From contig JBBRLQ010000002.1 in the NCBI GenBank assembly GCA_038231275.1, positions 480,001 through 544,000 on the forward strand: 64,000 nt of DNA, given 5' to 3'. The notes beneath the pieces were generated by a model. The model was not told the origin of the DNA. It saw only the letters and a program-made list of their open reading frames with translations, and ran no database searches. Every line of letters starts with the position of its first letter. Position 1 is the stretch's first letter. Of this stretch, positions 18,157-27,986 are shown piece by piece. The stretch comes from Polyangiales bacterium (GTDB lineage: Bacteria; Myxococcota_A; Polyangia; Polyangiales; Polyangiaceae). The position numbers and the translations under genes were made by a program.

Positions 18157-19284
18157 ATGCGTATCGTGGTGCTCGGCGGCGGCCCCGCGGGCCTCTACTT
18201 CGCGAGCCTCTGGAAGAAGCGCCACCCCGACGCCGAGGTCGAGCTCTACGAGCAGAACCCGGCCGACGCGACCTGGGGATTCGGCGTCGTCTTCTCCGAG
18301 CGCGCGCTCGAGTTCTTGCGCGGCGACGATCCCGAGACGTTCGACCTCATCACGCCCCGGATGGAGCACTGGCGCGACATCACGCTGGGGCACCGCGGGC
18401 AGCAAATCCGCGTCGACGGCGTCGGATTCTCGGCCATCGGCCGCCTCGAGATCTTGCAGCTGTTGCAAGAGCGGGCGCGCGCGGTCGGCGTGCGTCCCAC
18501 CTTCGGGCGAACGATCCGCTCGCTCGACGAGCTCGGCGCGCCCGACGTCATCGTTGCCGCCGACGGCCTCAACTCCCTGGTGCGCCGCACGTACGAGGGG
18601 GACTTCGGCACGTCGCACTCCTACTTGAACAACAAGTTTGCCTGGTACGGGACCACCAAGCGCTTCGAGTCGCTCACGCTCACCTTCGTGCGCGCTCCGG
18701 AGGGCACGTTCACCGCGCACCACTACCGATACTCCAAGACGATGAGCACCTTCATCGTCGAGTGCGATCGGCCGACGTGGGAGAACGCCGGCTTCGCCTA
18801 CATGACCCAAGAAGAGAGCCAGGCAACGTGCGAGCGCGTCTTCGCGGAGACCTTGGACGGGCACCCGCTCGTCGCGAACGGCTCGCAGTGGCGCGCCTTC
18901 CCGGTGCTCACGAACACGCGCTGGTCGTTCAAGAACATGGCGCTCGTCGGCGACGCACTCCACACCGCGCACTTCTCGATCGGCTCCGGGACGCGCCTCG
19001 CGATGGAGGACGTCATCGCGCTCGTGAAGGCGCTCGAGGCGGAGCCGGGCGACGTACGAAAGGCGCTCCGCCTCTACGAATCGAGCCGCAAGCCGATCCT
19101 CGACAAGCTCGTGACCGCCGCGGCGGCGAGCGCGCACTGGCACGAGCACTTCGCCGAGCACATGGCGCTGTCGCCCAAAGAGTTCGCGATGAGCTACATG
19201 ACCCGCTCGGGGCGGATCGATCGCGCACGCCTCCGCGAGATCGCGCCGGAGTTCATCGCCTGGTACGAGACGCCGGGACCGTGA
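18157..19284 (+). CDS. FAD-dependent monooxygenase (salicylyl-CoA hydroxylase/AbmA N-terminal-domain-like)
   Basis: GGGPAGLYF, TWGFGVVFS, AADGLNS and GDALHTAHFSIGSGTRLAMED motifs. Confidence 0.92.
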   Translation: MRIVVLGGGPAGLYFASLWKKRHPDAEVELYEQNPADATWGFGVVFSERALEFLRGDDPETFDLITPRMEHWRDITLGHRGQQIRVDGVGFSAIGRLEILQLLQERARAVGVRPTFGRTIRSLDELGAPDVIVAADGLNSLVRRTYEGDFGTSHSYLNNKFAWYGTTKRFESLTLTFVRAPEGTFTAHHYRYSKTMSTFIVECDRPTWENAGFAYMTQEESQATCERVFAETLDGHPLVANGSQWRAFPVLTNTRWSFKNMALVGDALHTAHFSIGSGTRLAMEDVIALVKALEAEPGDVRKALRLYESSRKPILDKLVTAAAASAHWHEHFAEHMALSPKEFAMSYMTRSGRIDRARLREIAPEFIAWYETPGP

Positions 19285-20081
19285 CGCTCGCTCCCCGAGA
19301 GGCGACCGTCGAGCGTTGGGCGTGGGACTACGTCACGACGACCGATCTGGCGCACAAGCTCGCGCCGCCCGACGTGCCCGACGCGTGGGAGGAGAGCCCG
19401 CCGCCGCGCCGAATCGAGGCGCCCGGAAGACCGCGTGAGTTGTCGGTAGTGACGCGCGCAAAGAAGACGCGCGGCCTCTCCTCGCCGCTCGGCCGCGCGC
19501 GGGCGCTTCACACGTTCCTCCATCACGAGCTCCAGGCGGCGGAGCTGATGGCGTGGGCGCTCTTGGCCTTCCCGGACGCGCCGCGGGACTTTCGGGCAGG
19601 GCTGGCGCGGATCGCCCTCGACGAGGCGCGTCACATGCGCATGTATCATGCACATATCGTTCGACTCGGCGCAAACATCGGCGATTTCCCAGTGCGCGAC
19701 TGGTTCTGGGAGCGGGTGCCGACGTGCGCGACGCCGGCGGCGTTCGTCGCAGTGATGGGCCTGGGCTTCGAGAGCGCGAACCTCGAGCACACGGCGTCCT
19801 ACGCGGCGCGCTTCCGCGAGGCGGGCGACGAGGAGGGCGCGCGGGTGCAGGAGCAGGTCGGGCTGGAAGAGATCGCGCACGTGCGCTTCGGCGCGCGGTG
19901 GTTCGAGGCGCTCGCCGGTCCGCTCGAATTCGATGCGTGGCAGCGCGCGCTTCCTCCTCCGCTCTCTCCGCTCCTGATGCGCGGCAAGCCGCTCGCGCGC
20001 GAGGCACGAATGCGTGGCGGGCAGTCCGCGCGATTCCTCGACGAGCTCACCGCATGGCAGCCCGCGCCGCCTGGGTTCTGA
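19281..20081 (+). CDS. DUF455 family ferritin-like di-iron protein
   Basis: LHTFLHHELQAAEL, DEARH, FESANLEH, EEIAHVRFG (two ExxH motifs); GTGA overlap. Confidence 0.85.
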   Translation: MTLAPREATVERWAWDYVTTTDLAHKLAPPDVPDAWEESPPPRRIEAPGRPRELSVVTRAKKTRGLSSPLGRARALHTFLHHELQAAELMAWALLAFPDAPRDFRAGLARIALDEARHMRMYHAHIVRLGANIGDFPVRDWFWERVPTCATPAAFVAVMGLGFESANLEHTASYAARFREAGDEEGARVQEQVGLEEIAHVRFGARWFEALAGPLEFDAWQRALPPPLSPLLMRGKPLAREARMRGGQSARFLDELTAWQPAPPGF

Positions 20082-20944
20082 ACCTCGACGCCGACGTCGA
20101 GCTCGCGGCCCATCCGGGCGCGCGCTACACGCCGACGCGCGCGGTCCTCGAAGCGACGAGGAAGCACGCGTCGCGCCTCGCCGGCTCCCTCGTTCCCTAC
20201 GAGGATCTCGTCGTCGACGACGACACGCCGCCGGGCGCCGCCGCCAATCTCGTCGGTCGCGCGTTTTGCCCGACGCCGCGCGCGATCGCCCTCCTCGTGC
20301 GCGCGGGCGCCACGCCGGAGGCGCATCCTTCGCGCGACGTCCTCCGCGCGGTCAATTCGCGCGCCTTCGCCGCGTCCCTCGGCCCGACGCTTCTGGGCGC
20401 CGCGTTCGTCCATGATCTCCCTACCGCGCTCGCGCACCTCCGCGCGGCGCCACCCGGCGGCGACGCGTGGCGGATGAAGCGCGCGTTCGGAATGGCCGGC
20501 CGTGGTCAGCGCCTCGCCGGGTCGACGCCGAGCGCAGCCGACGTCGCATTCCTCGAGGCCGGCTTCGAGGAGGGCGGCGTGCAGATCGAGCCGAACCTCG
20601 TCCTCGACGCCGAGTACGCCATCCACGGGCACCTCGAAGCGAATGGCGAGAGACGGCTCGGGGCGCTCGTCCGTCAGGAGTGCGACGCGCGCGGCGCCTG
20701 GCAGAGCACCCACGTCGTCGAGGATCCATCGCCGCTCGGCGAGATCGCGTCGGGCATCGCGGCGGAGGCACGCACCGTCGCTGACGCGCTCGCCAACGCC
20801 GGCTATTTCGGCCCCTTCGGCGTCGACGCCTTCACGTACCGCGACGCGGGCGGGCGGCTCTGCCTCCAGCCGCGCAGCGAGATCAACGCGCGCTACTCGA
20901 TGGGGTTCGCGGTCGGCTTTCGAGTACCATCGGGCGAACGATGA
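20054..20944 (+). CDS. ATP-grasp-fold protein of unknown function
   Basis: WRMKRAFGMAGRG, QIEP, YFGPFGVDAF and SEINARYSMG motifs; start overlaps the DUF455 gene by 28 bp. Confidence 0.75.
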   Translation: MAARAAWVLNLDADVELAAHPGARYTPTRAVLEATRKHASRLAGSLVPYEDLVVDDDTPPGAAANLVGRAFCPTPRAIALLVRAGATPEAHPSRDVLRAVNSRAFAASLGPTLLGAAFVHDLPTALAHLRAAPPGGDAWRMKRAFGMAGRGQRLAGSTPSAADVAFLEAGFEEGGVQIEPNLVLDAEYAIHGHLEANGERRLGALVRQECDARGAWQSTHVVEDPSPLGEIASGIAAEARTVADALANAGYFGPFGVDAFTYRDAGGRLCLQPRSEINARYSMGFAVGFRVPSGER

Positions 20945-20960
20945 CGTCCGCGAGCCCACC

Positions 20961-21935
20961 GTGAGCGTCGCCGTCTCGCGCGTTCTCGTTCCGCTGTTCG
21001 CCCTCGCGACGCTCCTGCCGTTCGTGACGACCGGCGAGGGCCTCGTCCTGGGGATGGCGCTGGGGCTCACGCTGGGAAACCCGTACGCGGCGACGACGAA
21101 GAAGGTGACGACGTACCTGCTGCAAGGCGCCGTCATCGGCCTCGGCTTCGGGATGAACCTGCGCGTCGTCGTCGCCGTCGGAATCCACGGCATCGCATAC
21201 ACGCTCGCCGGCATCGCGCTCTGCTTCGGCGTCGGCCTCTCGTTTAGGGCGCTCCTCAAGGTCCCGCGCGACGTCGGTCTCCTCGTCACGGTGGGCACGG
21301 CGATCTGCGGCGGCAGCGCGATCGCGGCGGTGGTCCCTGCCATCCGTGCGAAGCAGGAGGACGCGACGGTCTCGCTCGCGGTGGTCTTCCTCTTGAACGC
21401 TGTGGGCCTGCTTCTTTTTCCTCCGCTCGGCCACGCGCTTGGCCTCGATCAGCACCGTTTCGGCCTGTGGGCGGCCCTCGCGATCCACGACACCAGCTCG
21501 GTCGTCGGCGCCGCGAGCGCATATGGCAAGGAGGCGCTCGAGATCGCGACGACCGTGAAGCTCGCGCGGGCGCTATGGATCGTCCCGCTGGCGATGGGGA
21601 TCGGCGAGGTATACGAGCGCGCGCGCGCGCGGGCGAGCGGAGGAGGGAAAGGAGACGCGGCGGGACGCTCCGGCGCACGTTATCCCTGGTTCATCCTGGG
21701 CTTCCTCGGGACGGCGACGATCGCGACGTTCGTGCCGGCGATGCACGATCCCGGCATGGTGCTCGCGCGCGTGGCGCGCCAGCTGCTGGTGCTCACGCTC
21801 TTTTTGATCGGCGCGGGGCTCACGCGCCAATCGCTGCGCACGACAGGAGCGCGTCCGCTCGTCCTCGGCGTGCTCTTGTGGATCGTGTCCGCGGTCGCGA
21901 GCCTCGGTGGAATCCTTGCGGGTCTGGTGACTTAG
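20961..21935 (+). CDS. YeiH/PSE family (putative sulfate exporter) membrane transporter
   Basis: LLQGAVIGLGFGMNL, GTAICGGSAIAAV, AIHDTSSVVGA, TTVKLARALWI and PWFILGF motifs. Confidence 0.9.
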   Translation: MSVAVSRVLVPLFALATLLPFVTTGEGLVLGMALGLTLGNPYAATTKKVTTYLLQGAVIGLGFGMNLRVVVAVGIHGIAYTLAGIALCFGVGLSFRALLKVPRDVGLLVTVGTAICGGSAIAAVVPAIRAKQEDATVSLAVVFLLNAVGLLLFPPLGHALGLDQHRFGLWAALAIHDTSSVVGAASAYGKEALEIATTVKLARALWIVPLAMGIGEVYERARARASGGGKGDAAGRSGARYPWFILGFLGTATIATFVPAMHDPGMVLARVARQLLVLTLFLIGAGLTRQSLRTTGARPLVLGVLLWIVSAVASLGGILAGLVT

Positions 21936-22021
21936 AGCGGAAGTCGGGACGCTGGAGCGAACCACGAGAATGCTAAAGTTGTCCTTGCGCGAAGCGCGAG
22001 TGTGCGGCATCTCTTTGGGCC

Positions 22022-22369
22022 ATGACGCGCGAGACGATCCCTACGCTCGTCGCAGACGAGGAGTATCCCTCGCCCGATCTCCTCGATCCGAGCGCCGACG
22101 CGTCGACGATGAACCTCGTCGCAATCGCCGACGACGCGATCCCCCTGCAGGCCGTGGACGACGAGAAGTTCGCGGCCATCGCGGTGCGCGTCGGCGCCGA
22201 GTTCTTCGCGCCGCTGCTCGACGGGGTCACGAGCATGACCGAGATGAGCGTGCACACCGGGCTCGATCTCGACATCGTGCGCGCCGCGATCCTTCGCCTC
22301 GCCGTGCAGGGCGCCGTGACGTTCGCGAAGCCCAGGTCCGCCGAAACGCCGGTCGTCCCGGAGGCGTGA
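22022..22369 (+). CDS. Small acidic hypothetical protein with a C-terminal winged-helix-like segment
   Basis: LLDGVTSMTEM...IVRAAILRLAVQGAVTF pattern. Confidence 0.6.
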   Translation: MTRETIPTLVADEEYPSPDLLDPSADASTMNLVAIADDAIPLQAVDDEKFAAIAVRVGAEFFAPLLDGVTSMTEMSVHTGLDLDIVRAAILRLAVQGAVTFAKPRSAETPVVPEA

Positions 22370-22416
22370 CGGCCAGATTTGACGGCCGGATTTCGTGGTA
22401 GTCTCGCGGCTCTCGA

Positions 22417-22950
22417 ATGAACAAGACGCCCTCCAGACGGAAGACGACGAAGAGCGTCGCCATCCGTCGTCCGGACAGCGAACCGGAGCCCACGCGCGCC
22501 CAGAGAAACGCCGAGACCGCGCCGCCGCGCGCGGGCAAGGCGACCGTGCCGGCGATCCCCAAGCCCCGTAAGACCACCAAGGCCGACCTGAAGGCCCAGA
22601 AAGAGACGGTCCGGCCCCGCCGCGAGCCGAGGGAGGACCCGCGCGCCGAGTCGACGCCGCCCTCGTCGCGACGCGACGCGCGAGAGGCCAAGGAAGACGC
22701 GCGCTCCGAGTCCGCGCCGCCTTCACGCCGCGACTCCAAGGCCGCGAGCAAGCGAGGTACCGTGCCGCCGCGCACGAAGCGTGACTCGAAGGCTCCGAAG
22801 ACCGACGGCGCGAAGGACGGAGACAACGGCCCCCACATTCGCGTGCGCGTCGACGCGCCGTTCCGTGTCACCGCCGAACTGCCCGATCCCCAGGCGACCC
22901 GTTACTCCGTCATCCCTTCCCCGCGCCCGCCCCGCAAGCCCGCGCGGTAA
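22417..22950 (+). CDS. Basic, low-complexity, probably disordered protein
   Basis: Repeated [ST]xPP(S)RRD(S)K-like motifs; codon usage consistent with the coding frame. Confidence 0.55.
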   Translation: MNKTPSRRKTTKSVAIRRPDSEPEPTRAQRNAETAPPRAGKATVPAIPKPRKTTKADLKAQKETVRPRREPREDPRAESTPPSSRRDAREAKEDARSESAPPSRRDSKAASKRGTVPPRTKRDSKAPKTDGAKDGDNGPHIRVRVDAPFRVTAELPDPQATRYSVIPSPRPPRKPAR

Positions 22951-22984
22951 CGGGCTGCGCAAACGCGGCCGTCGAGGTCCTCCC

Positions 22985-24781
22985 ATGCGACATCGCACGT
23001 GGTCATGGCTGCTGGTTCTCGCATTCGTCACGGCGTGCGACGGAGCGGCCCGTTCGCCCGTGATGCCACAGGGCTCGGCAGCGCCGATCCCTCCTCCGCC
23101 GCCGAGCGCAACGCCGACGTCGCGCGCGCTCGCGGTGGCCGATGCGATCGTCGACGACATGTTCGAGCAATCTCCCGAGGCGGTCGCGATGCTGAGGCCG
23201 CCAGGCGCCCGGTACGACGGTTGGCCCGACGCGTCCCTGGGGGCGCTCGCGGCGCGTGAGGCGCGAGAGGACCGGTGGCGCGCCGATCTCGCCGCGATCG
23301 ATCGCGCGTCTTTGGCGACCGACTCGGCGAAGCTCGCCTACGACGTGGCGGTCGAGACACTCGACGCACGCAACCAGGCGCGCGTCTGCAAGAACGAGCT
23401 CTGGGATGTCCGCCCGCTCTCCAGCGTCATCACGCGCCTCGCCGACGTCGCGACCGCGCAGCCGGTCGGCACGCCCGACCTCCGCGGCCAGCTGCTCGTG
23501 CGCTTCGCCCGCGTCCCGTCGATCGTCGACGCCCAGATCGCCAACCTCCGCGAAGGCCAAAAACGCGGGTATTTGCAGGCCGAGGTGAACGTCCGACAGG
23601 TCATCGAGCAGGCCGAGCGTCTCACCCAAGGAGCGCCCGAGGCGTCGCCGCTCTTCAACCCGACGACGCGCGACGCGGATCCGGAGCTGCGGACCAAGCT
23701 TCGCGCGCTCATCGAGACGCAGATCGTCCCGGCGATCGCCAAGTACAAGGACTACCTGCGCGCCGAGTACCTGCCCAACGCGCGCAAGGCGTTCGGGGTG
23801 TCCGCGAACCCGCACGGCCTCGAGTGCTATCGCGCGTCGGTTCGCCTCTACACGACGATGCCGCGCGAGCCGCAGCAGGTGCACGACGCCGGCCTGAAGG
23901 AGCTGGCCGCGCTGGAGGTCGAGATGACGGCGCTGTCGAAGAAGAGCTTCGCCGGCGCCGATCTCCGAACGCTCCGCGCGCGATTCACGACCGCGCCGGA
24001 GTACCGCCACAAAGACGCGCAGTCGATCGTGACGCAGGCCAACGAGACGATCGCGCGCGCAAAGGCCGCGATGCCCCGCGCGTTCGGCATCCTGCCGCCG
24101 GCCGACGTCGTGGTCGAGCCGATCCCGCAATTCCAGGAGCGCACCGCCGCTGCCCACTACCTGCGCGCCGCGCTCGACGGCTCACGGCCTGGTACGTACC
24201 GCATCCGCCTCTACAAGCCCGAGGAGCAGCCGATCGTCCTCGGCGAGTCGACGGCGTTCCACGAGGCGATCCCCGGGCATCATCTCCAGGTGAACATCGC
24301 CACCACGCGCGAAGGCAACCCGCGCATCGCGCGCTTCCTCTTCAACAGCGGCTACGGCGAAGGGTGGGCGCTCTACGCCGAGCGCCTCGCCGACGAGCTG
24401 GGGCTCTACTCGAACGACGCCTCGCGCTTCGGCATGCTCAGCAACGCCGCGTGGCGCGCCTGCCGCCTCGTCGTCGACTCCGGCATCCACGCGTTCGGGT
24501 GGGACCGCGAGCGCGCGATCACGTTCTTGCTCGATCACACCGCCATGCCGCGAACGCAGGCCGCGCAGGAGGTCGATCGGTACATCTCGTGGCCTGGGCA
24601 GGCGACGGCCTACATGACCGGCTACCTCGAAATCGCGCGGATGCGGGCCGAGGCAAAGGCTGCGCTCGGCGAAAAATTCGACCTGAAAGGCTTCCACGAT
24701 CGCGTGCTCGGGAGCGGCGCACTACCGCTCCCGGTCCTCGGCCGAAGGGTCGAGGCCTGGGTGATCGAGCGTCGCAGCTGA
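22985..24781 (+). CDS. DUF885 family lipoprotein (metallopeptidase-like)
   Basis: Lipobox VTAC; HEAIPGHHLQ, EGWALYAE, RLVVDSGIH, PGQATAY and FDLKGFHD motifs. Confidence 0.92.
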   Translation: MRHRTWSWLLVLAFVTACDGAARSPVMPQGSAAPIPPPPPSATPTSRALAVADAIVDDMFEQSPEAVAMLRPPGARYDGWPDASLGALAAREAREDRWRADLAAIDRASLATDSAKLAYDVAVETLDARNQARVCKNELWDVRPLSSVITRLADVATAQPVGTPDLRGQLLVRFARVPSIVDAQIANLREGQKRGYLQAEVNVRQVIEQAERLTQGAPEASPLFNPTTRDADPELRTKLRALIETQIVPAIAKYKDYLRAEYLPNARKAFGVSANPHGLECYRASVRLYTTMPREPQQVHDAGLKELAALEVEMTALSKKSFAGADLRTLRARFTTAPEYRHKDAQSIVTQANETIARAKAAMPRAFGILPPADVVVEPIPQFQERTAAAHYLRAALDGSRPGTYRIRLYKPEEQPIVLGESTAFHEAIPGHHLQVNIATTREGNPRIARFLFNSGYGEGWALYAERLADELGLYSNDASRFGMLSNAAWRACRLVVDSGIHAFGWDRERAITFLLDHTAMPRTQAAQEVDRYISWPGQATAYMTGYLEIARMRAEAKAALGEKFDLKGFHDRVLGSGALPLPVLGRRVEAWVIERRS

Positions 24782-24797
24782 CGCTCGCGTCCCGAGC

Positions 24798-27700
24798 TCA
24801 CTCTCCGGCGGACGCGGCGACGGGCGCCTGAGCGAGCGGGAGCGTGCGATCACTCACGGGCGCCGCCGGCTCGACGGCTTCCTTCGTCTTCTCGCCGCGG
24901 TGGTCCTTCGCGATGAGGACGTACAGCGACGGCACGACGAAGAGCGTGAAGAGCGTCCCGATGCTCATCCCACCGACCAGCACGATGCCGATCGAGTTAC
25001 GGGCGACGGCGCCTGCCCCCGTGACCAGTGTGAGCGGGAAGTGCCCGACCACCGTGGCCACGGTCGTCATCAGGATGGGCCGGAGCCGCGTCAGCGCCGC
25101 CGTGCGGATAGCCTCGAGCTTGGTGTGCCCCGCCTCTTGCTGCGCGTTGGCGAACTCGACGATGAGGATGCCGTTCTTCGACACGAGGCCGACGAGCGTG
25201 ACGAGGCCGACCTGCGAGTAGATGTTGAGCGTCGTCGTCCAGCCCTCGGTCAGCTTGAAGTGCATCCCCGGCGGTCCGGCGAACTTCAGGAACGTGAAGA
25301 TGAGCGCGCCGAAGATGGCGAGCGGCACCGAGCCGGCGAGGATGACGAAGGGATCGCGGAACGAGTTGAACTGCGCCGCGAGCACTAAGAAAATGAGGAC
25401 GACCGCGAGGCCCATCGCGGGCAGGAATTTCCCGCCCTCCTGGCGCAGCTGCCGCGACTCGCCGGTGTAGTCGATGCGGTACCCGGGCGGCAACGAGGCC
25501 TTCGCCGCGTCCTCGAGCACCTTGAGGCCGCCTTCGACGCCGCGCGGAGCGACGCCCGACAGCTTGACCGCGTTGAGCTGCTGGAAACGGTTCAGCGTGC
25601 GCGGCTCGGTGGTCTCTTTGATCGTGGCGACGGCGCTCAACGGAATGAGCTGCCCGCCGGGGCCGGTGATGTGGATGTCGCGGATCTGGTCGGGCGTGAG
25701 GCGTCCGGCGCGCTCCACCTGCGCGATGACCTTGTACGCGCGGCCGTCGATATTGAAGCGGTTCACGAAGTTGCCGCCCATCGCCGCGCCGAGATCGGCG
25801 CCGACCTGCTGGAGGCTGAGGCCCATCGACGCGATCTTGTCGCGGTCGAGCACGACCTCGCTCGCCGCCTCGTCGATGCGCACGTCCATGACCGGGGGGA
25901 AGGCGAAGAGGCCGCTCTTCACGGCGTCCTGCTGCAACTTCTCGGCGTAGCGCACCATCTCTTCGTGGCTCGCGGTCGACGCGATGACGAACTCCACCGG
26001 GAAGAACCCGGCGCTCGGTAGCGCGCTCGGCAAGAACGCGGGCGCGCGGATCCCCGAGATGCCCATCAGCTTCCCGCTCAGCTCCTCTTGGATCGGGAAG
26101 ATGCTGCGCTTGCGCTCGTCCCAGGGCTTCACGAGCATGCCGCCGAAGCCGCCCGTGGCGAAGGTGATCTGGAACGCGTGATCGAACTCCGGCGTCGAGC
26201 GGAAGATCTTCTCCACCTGCGCGGTGTACGGCTGCACCTGCTCCAGCGTGGCGTTCGCCTGCACGTCGATCGCCCCGAAGACGACGCCCTGGTCCTCGTT
26301 CGGCGCGAGCTCCGCGGGCGAGAACATGTACATCGGCACCAGCAGCACGGTGAGCGTGATCCACACCCCGTAGACCATCCCGCGCGTCCGCAGCGTGCCG
26401 TCGAGGATGCGGCCGTAGATGCCCTTGAACGCCTCGAAGCCGCGATCGATCTGGCGTGGCAGCCACGCGTTCGAGTGCTCGGAGCGGAGGAGCTTCGACG
26501 CCATCATCGGCGACAGCGTGAGCGCGACGATGCCCGAGATGAAGACGGCGCCGGCGAGGGTGAACGCGAACTCGCGGAAGAGCGCGCCGGTCAGGCCGCC
26601 CTGGAAGCCGATCGGCGCGTACACCGACGCCAGCGTGATCGTCATCGCGATGATGGGCCCGACGAGCTCGCGCGCGCCGACGATCGCCGCGTCGTACGGT
26701 GTCTTCCCCATGCGGATGTGGCGCTCCACGTTCTCGACCACGACGATCGCGTCGTCGACGACGAGACCGACCGCGAGGACGACCGCGAGGAGCGTCAGCA
26801 GGTTCAGCGTGAACCCGAAGACGAGCATCAGGAATACGGCGCCGATGAGCGACACCGGGATGGCCACGAGCGGCACGAGCACGGTGCGCAGCGAGCCGAG
26901 GAAGAGGAAGATGACGACGATGACGATGAGGACCGTCTCGCTCAGCGTCTTGACGACCTCTTCGATCGCGTTGTTGATGTACTTGGTCGAATCGAAGGCC
27001 ACCGATGCGGTCATGCCGCTCGGGAGCTCCTTCTGGATGATCTCGACCTCTTTGCGCACGCGGCCGATGACGTCGACCGAGTTCGCGTTCGGCAGGACCC
27101 AGACGCCCATGAAGGTGGCCTTGGTGCCGGAGAAGCGGACGTCCTGCTCGTAGGTGTCGGCCCCCATCACGACGTCGGAGACGTCCTTCAGGCGCACGAG
27201 CGCCCCGCCCTGCTGGCGCACGACGAGGTTCTTGAACTCGTCGACGGTGCGCAGATCGGTCGTCGCCGTCAGGTTCATCTGGACGAGCGCGCCTTTGGTC
27301 TGCCCGACGGCGGCGAGGTAGTTGTTGGCAGACATCGCCTGGCGCACCATCGCCGGGCTGACGTTGAGCGCGGCCATGCGCTCGGGCTTGAGCCACGCGC
27401 GGATCGCGAACGTGCGGCCGCCCAAGATGTCGGCGCGCTGGACGCCCTGGATGGCCGAGAGGCGCGGCTGCACCACGCGGATCAGGTAGTCGGTGACCTG
27501 GTTGTCCTCGAGGATCGTCGAGCTGAAGCTCAGGTACATCGACGCGATCTGCGCGTCGGAGGGCTCGATGTTGATCGCCGGGACCTCGGCCTCGGGGGGC
27601 AGATCGGCACGGACCTGGTTTACGCGGGCGCTGATGTCGGCGAGCGCGTTGGCGGCGCTGAAATTCAGCTTGAGGCGCACGCTGATCGTGCTGATGCCTT

Positions 27701-27956
27701 GGTCGCTCTGCGACTCGATGAAGTCGATGCCGTCGGCGGCGGCGATCGCGCGCTCGAGCGGCGTCGTGATGAAGCCGCGCACGAGATCCGCGTTGGCGCC
27801 GACGTACGCCGTGCGCACGGTCACCGTCGCGCTCTCGAGCTTCGGGTATTGCCGAACGTTCAGCGAACGCACGGACTGGAGGCCGGCGATGATGATGATG
27901 AGATTGACGACGATCGCCAGGACCGGTCGCCGGATGAAGATGTCCGTGAACTTCAT
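24798..27956 (-). CDS. RND efflux transporter permease (MexW/MexI-like, AcrB family)
   Basis: FIRRPVLA, GLVVDDAIVVVEN, KNGILIVEFAN and RLRPILMTT motifs. Confidence 0.97.
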   Translation of the reverse strand: MKFTDIFIRRPVLAIVVNLIIIIAGLQSVRSLNVRQYPKLESATVTVRTAYVGANADLVRGFITTPLERAIAAADGIDFIESQSDQGISTISVRLKLNFSAANALADISARVNQVRADLPPEAEVPAINIEPSDAQIASMYLSFSSTILEDNQVTDYLIRVVQPRLSAIQGVQRADILGGRTFAIRAWLKPERMAALNVSPAMVRQAMSANNYLAAVGQTKGALVQMNLTATTDLRTVDEFKNLVVRQQGGALVRLKDVSDVVMGADTYEQDVRFSGTKATFMGVWVLPNANSVDVIGRVRKEVEIIQKELPSGMTASVAFDSTKYINNAIEEVVKTLSETVLIVIVVIFLFLGSLRTVLVPLVAIPVSLIGAVFLMLVFGFTLNLLTLLAVVLAVGLVVDDAIVVVENVERHIRMGKTPYDAAIVGARELVGPIIAMTITLASVYAPIGFQGGLTGALFREFAFTLAGAVFISGIVALTLSPMMASKLLRSEHSNAWLPRQIDRGFEAFKGIYGRILDGTLRTRGMVYGVWITLTVLLVPMYMFSPAELAPNEDQGVVFGAIDVQANATLEQVQPYTAQVEKIFRSTPEFDHAFQITFATGGFGGMLVKPWDERKRSIFPIQEELSGKLMGISGIRAPAFLPSALPSAGFFPVEFVIASTASHEEMVRYAEKLQQDAVKSGLFAFPPVMDVRIDEAASEVVLDRDKIASMGLSLQQVGADLGAAMGGNFVNRFNIDGRAYKVIAQVERAGRLTPDQIRDIHITGPGGQLIPLSAVATIKETTEPRTLNRFQQLNAVKLSGVAPRGVEGGLKVLEDAAKASLPPGYRIDYTGESRQLRQEGGKFLPAMGLAVVLIFLVLAAQFNSFRDPFVILAGSVPLAIFGALIFTFLKFAGPPGMHFKLTEGWTTTLNIYSQVGLVTLVGLVSKNGILIVEFANAQQEAGHTKLEAIRTAALTRLRPILMTTVATVVGHFPLTLVTGAGAVARNSIGIVLVGGMSIGTLFTLFVVPSLYVLIAKDHRGEKTKEAVEPAAPVSDRTLPLAQAPVAASAGE

Positions 27957-27986
27957 GGCCGTCTCCGCGGGTGACTCAGCGATTGC

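Noticed and set aside
21617..21631. Other (CG)n runs (here and at about 132-145) as phase-variation sites
   Set aside because: They are in frame (RARAR) and such runs are frequent in this genome
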